Source: Candidatus Cloacimonadales bacterium
GTDB taxonomy: Bacteria > Cloacimonadota > Cloacimonadia > Cloacimonadales > JAFGVF01
DNA: 64,000 nucleotides
NCBI GenBank assembly: GCA_963667035.1
Contig: OY762964.1
Coordinates: 672,001 to 736,000, forward strand
Reading direction: 5' to 3'
The first letter of the stretch is position 1. Each line of letters begins with the position of its first letter. This document shows, piece after piece, positions 62,418 to 64,000 of this stretch. Below the pieces are notes generated by a model that searched no databases, had not been told where the DNA came from, and saw only the letters and a list, made by a program, of their open reading frames with translations. Position numbers and translations under genes: made by a program.

Positions 62418-62452
62418 ACTTTATTTTATAAAGCCACTCTATTATTTAAAGT
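62418..62452. promoter_or_regulatory. Tandem putative operators (ACTTT-N7-AAAGT-like)
   Basis: ACTTTATTTTATAAAGC (62418) and ACTCTATTATTTAAAGT (62436), between TTGACA (62458-62463, minus strand) and the RBS. Confidence 0.5.
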
Positions 62453-62680
62453 ATACTTGTCAATACAATTTTATTTTCTTGTTTTTACACACAGGATTTC
62501 ATATCTGCGTTTTTAAACTTATTGTTCATGCGTGTGAACATCCTTTTTATAGGTCATAATACGCTTAATAGCAATGTGAGGTTTATACACTTTTCATTTT
62601 ACAACCTGTACCAAACTAATTATCTATTTATGTATTATCACATAACATTGTTTAAACGACTTACTAAAGTGCAATTTTCC

Positions 62681-62808
62681 CACTGCTTTTCCACTGTGCA
62701 CGCACTGTGAACTCAGTAACACAGTGCATGGATAGTGCGTTCACAGTGGAATCACAGTGCGAACACAGTGCGTTGGTAGAGTATGGAGTGTTAGATAACA
62801 GTGAGGGG
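62681..62808. repeat. 11-bp-phased CACTG/CAGTG array (copy B)
   Basis: CACTG at 62681, 62692, 62703; CAGTG-like at 62722, 62733, 62744, 62755, 62766, 62799. Confidence 0.85.
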
Positions 62809-62860
62809 TCAAAATGATTGTACTGTCCTGGATAGGTTACCCTAAAAAGGGACAGGAAAA

Positions 62861-63214
62861 ATGATGAGTAAAGAGACAACGAAAAGGTACCAACGTAGTT
62901 ATAGTGTTGTATTTAAAATGAAAGTAGTGGACGAAATTGAGAACGGATATTTAACTCAGGGAGAAGCTCAACGGCTTTATCACATATCTAGTATATCCAC
63001 AATCCAAGGGTGGATTAAGAAGTATGGAATGAACGCAAAAATAGAATGGACGGTACTTATTATGAGTAAAGATGAACAATCAGAATTGATTCGCTTACGC
63101 AAGGAGAATAGACGCCTTCAGCGTGCACTTGATGACAGTTATCTAAAAGAGTTAGCACTTGTCACCCTGAGCGGAATGAGTTTGTCGAATGTAGTCGAAC
63201 TGGTCTCTCAATAA
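62861..63214 (+). pseudogene. IS3-family OrfA-like transposase remnant
   Basis: YS..FK.KVV.EI..G.......R.Y.I....TI..W.KKYG HTH plus coiled coil; runs into the dispersed repeat at 63159; no OrfB follows. Confidence 0.75.
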
Positions 63215-63249
63215 ATCTTTAGTATTTAACAGTTCAAAGTATTAACTCA
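63159..63249 (+). repeat. Dispersed ~90-bp repeat, copy 2
   Basis: TTGTCACCCTGAGCGGAATGAG...GTCGAAC...; 74/91 identical to the reverse complement of 32737-32827. Confidence 0.8.
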
Positions 63250-63633
63250 TTTGGTGCTAAACAAACAATAGTTATCCGGGAGTAATACAATGGCATGCTC
63301 TCTATTAAGGCATGTCTAAGAAAACAGAAATTATGCATACCGTAAATTGAGAATTATTTGATTTACAATTAATTGCAGTTGAATCTTTTTGAGAAGTTAG
63401 TAGTAAGAAATAGATAGATTTTAGGTGCTATTTATATACTTTGGAGGATAGATTGTGTCAAATTAAGGATACTCATATAAAAAATGCAAAAAAAACTTGT
63501 AAACTTAGAGATTGGGAACAGTTATTGCATTAAAACGATTTAAGTTAGTAGGAGAGTAATTATTTTTATATGGCAAAACAAGATTATGACAACTGAATTA
63601 ATACAATTAAACTAATAGAAGAGGTGTAGGCTT

Positions 63634-64000
63634 ATGAAAACAGTAAGTTTCAAATTGTTTTACGTTTTTCTAATTGCAATGTTTACACTCCTTTTACCTG
63701 CCACCGCATTTGCTGATGTATCGCCGATGGTGCAAAGCGTATGGGGAACAGGAACGGAGTGGAACAACAATTGTCCAAGTGATAATATCGGCTCAGGTGG
63801 GCACGCTGATGCAGGTACAATGGCGGTATCAACTGCTATGATAATGAAGTATTGGAATCACCCTGCAAACGGTGTAGGCTCTAATACTTATAATCATCCT
63901 GTATATGGTACTCTATTTGCCGATTTTGAAAATACTTCCTACAACTGGGAGTCAATGTCAAATACACTAGTATTAAGTGGTTCAAGAGTGCTAATCTCTC
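63634..64000 (+). CDS. Secreted peptidase C10 (streptopain-like) homologue, probably inactive; runs off the window
   Basis: GAGGT RBS; signal peptide; VSPMV...W.....WN..CP.D..G.GGH..AGTMAV..A.IMKYW.HP..G.GS..Y....YGTL.ADF....YNW..M; absent from the ORF track because there is no stop in the window. Confidence 0.8.
   Translation, partial: MKTVSFKLFYVFLIAMFTLLLPATAFADVSPMVQSVWGTGTEWNNNCPSDNIGSGGHADAGTMAVSTAMIMKYWNHPANGVGSNTYNHPVYGTLFADFENTSYNWESMSNTLVLSGSRVLIS

Overview
AT-rich bacterial chromosome segment, most consistent with Cloacimonadota (FCB group). This is inferred from seven secreted proteins carrying the 'NYPNPFNP...W.G.D....SG.YFY...KM.L.K' FlgD-Ig/T9SS type-A-like C-terminal domain. 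Housekeeping content: gmhA, recO, rqcH/NFACT, ettA, trxA, an LpxL-like acyltransferase, an [FeFe] hydrogenase, six tRNAs and an intact IS1182. A decayed phage/defence island follows a tRNA-Asp pair. Highlights: (1) a secreted 976-aa selenoprotein that the ORF track truncates: signal peptide, Omp28/thioredoxin-like UGFC motif with in-frame UGA at 57584-57586, an fdhF-like SECIS hairpin directly downstream, then adhesin domains and the CTD; (2) a non-coding element family of short motifs phased at exactly 11 bp, in an inverted-then-direct arrangement, at 18.6, 32.9 and 62.7 kb with two different core motifs; (3) a 3099-aa type-B-CTD adhesin followed by a PorP/SprF-like barrel fused to LysM domains, in an apparent operon with gmhA; (4) an Hna-like helicase-nuclease among HsdR, MuF and four-helix-bundle remnants; (5) a C10 protease homologue lacking the catalytic Cys; (6) IS1182 with a 25-bp duplicated terminator target. 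All family calls come from motif recognition by eye, not database searches.
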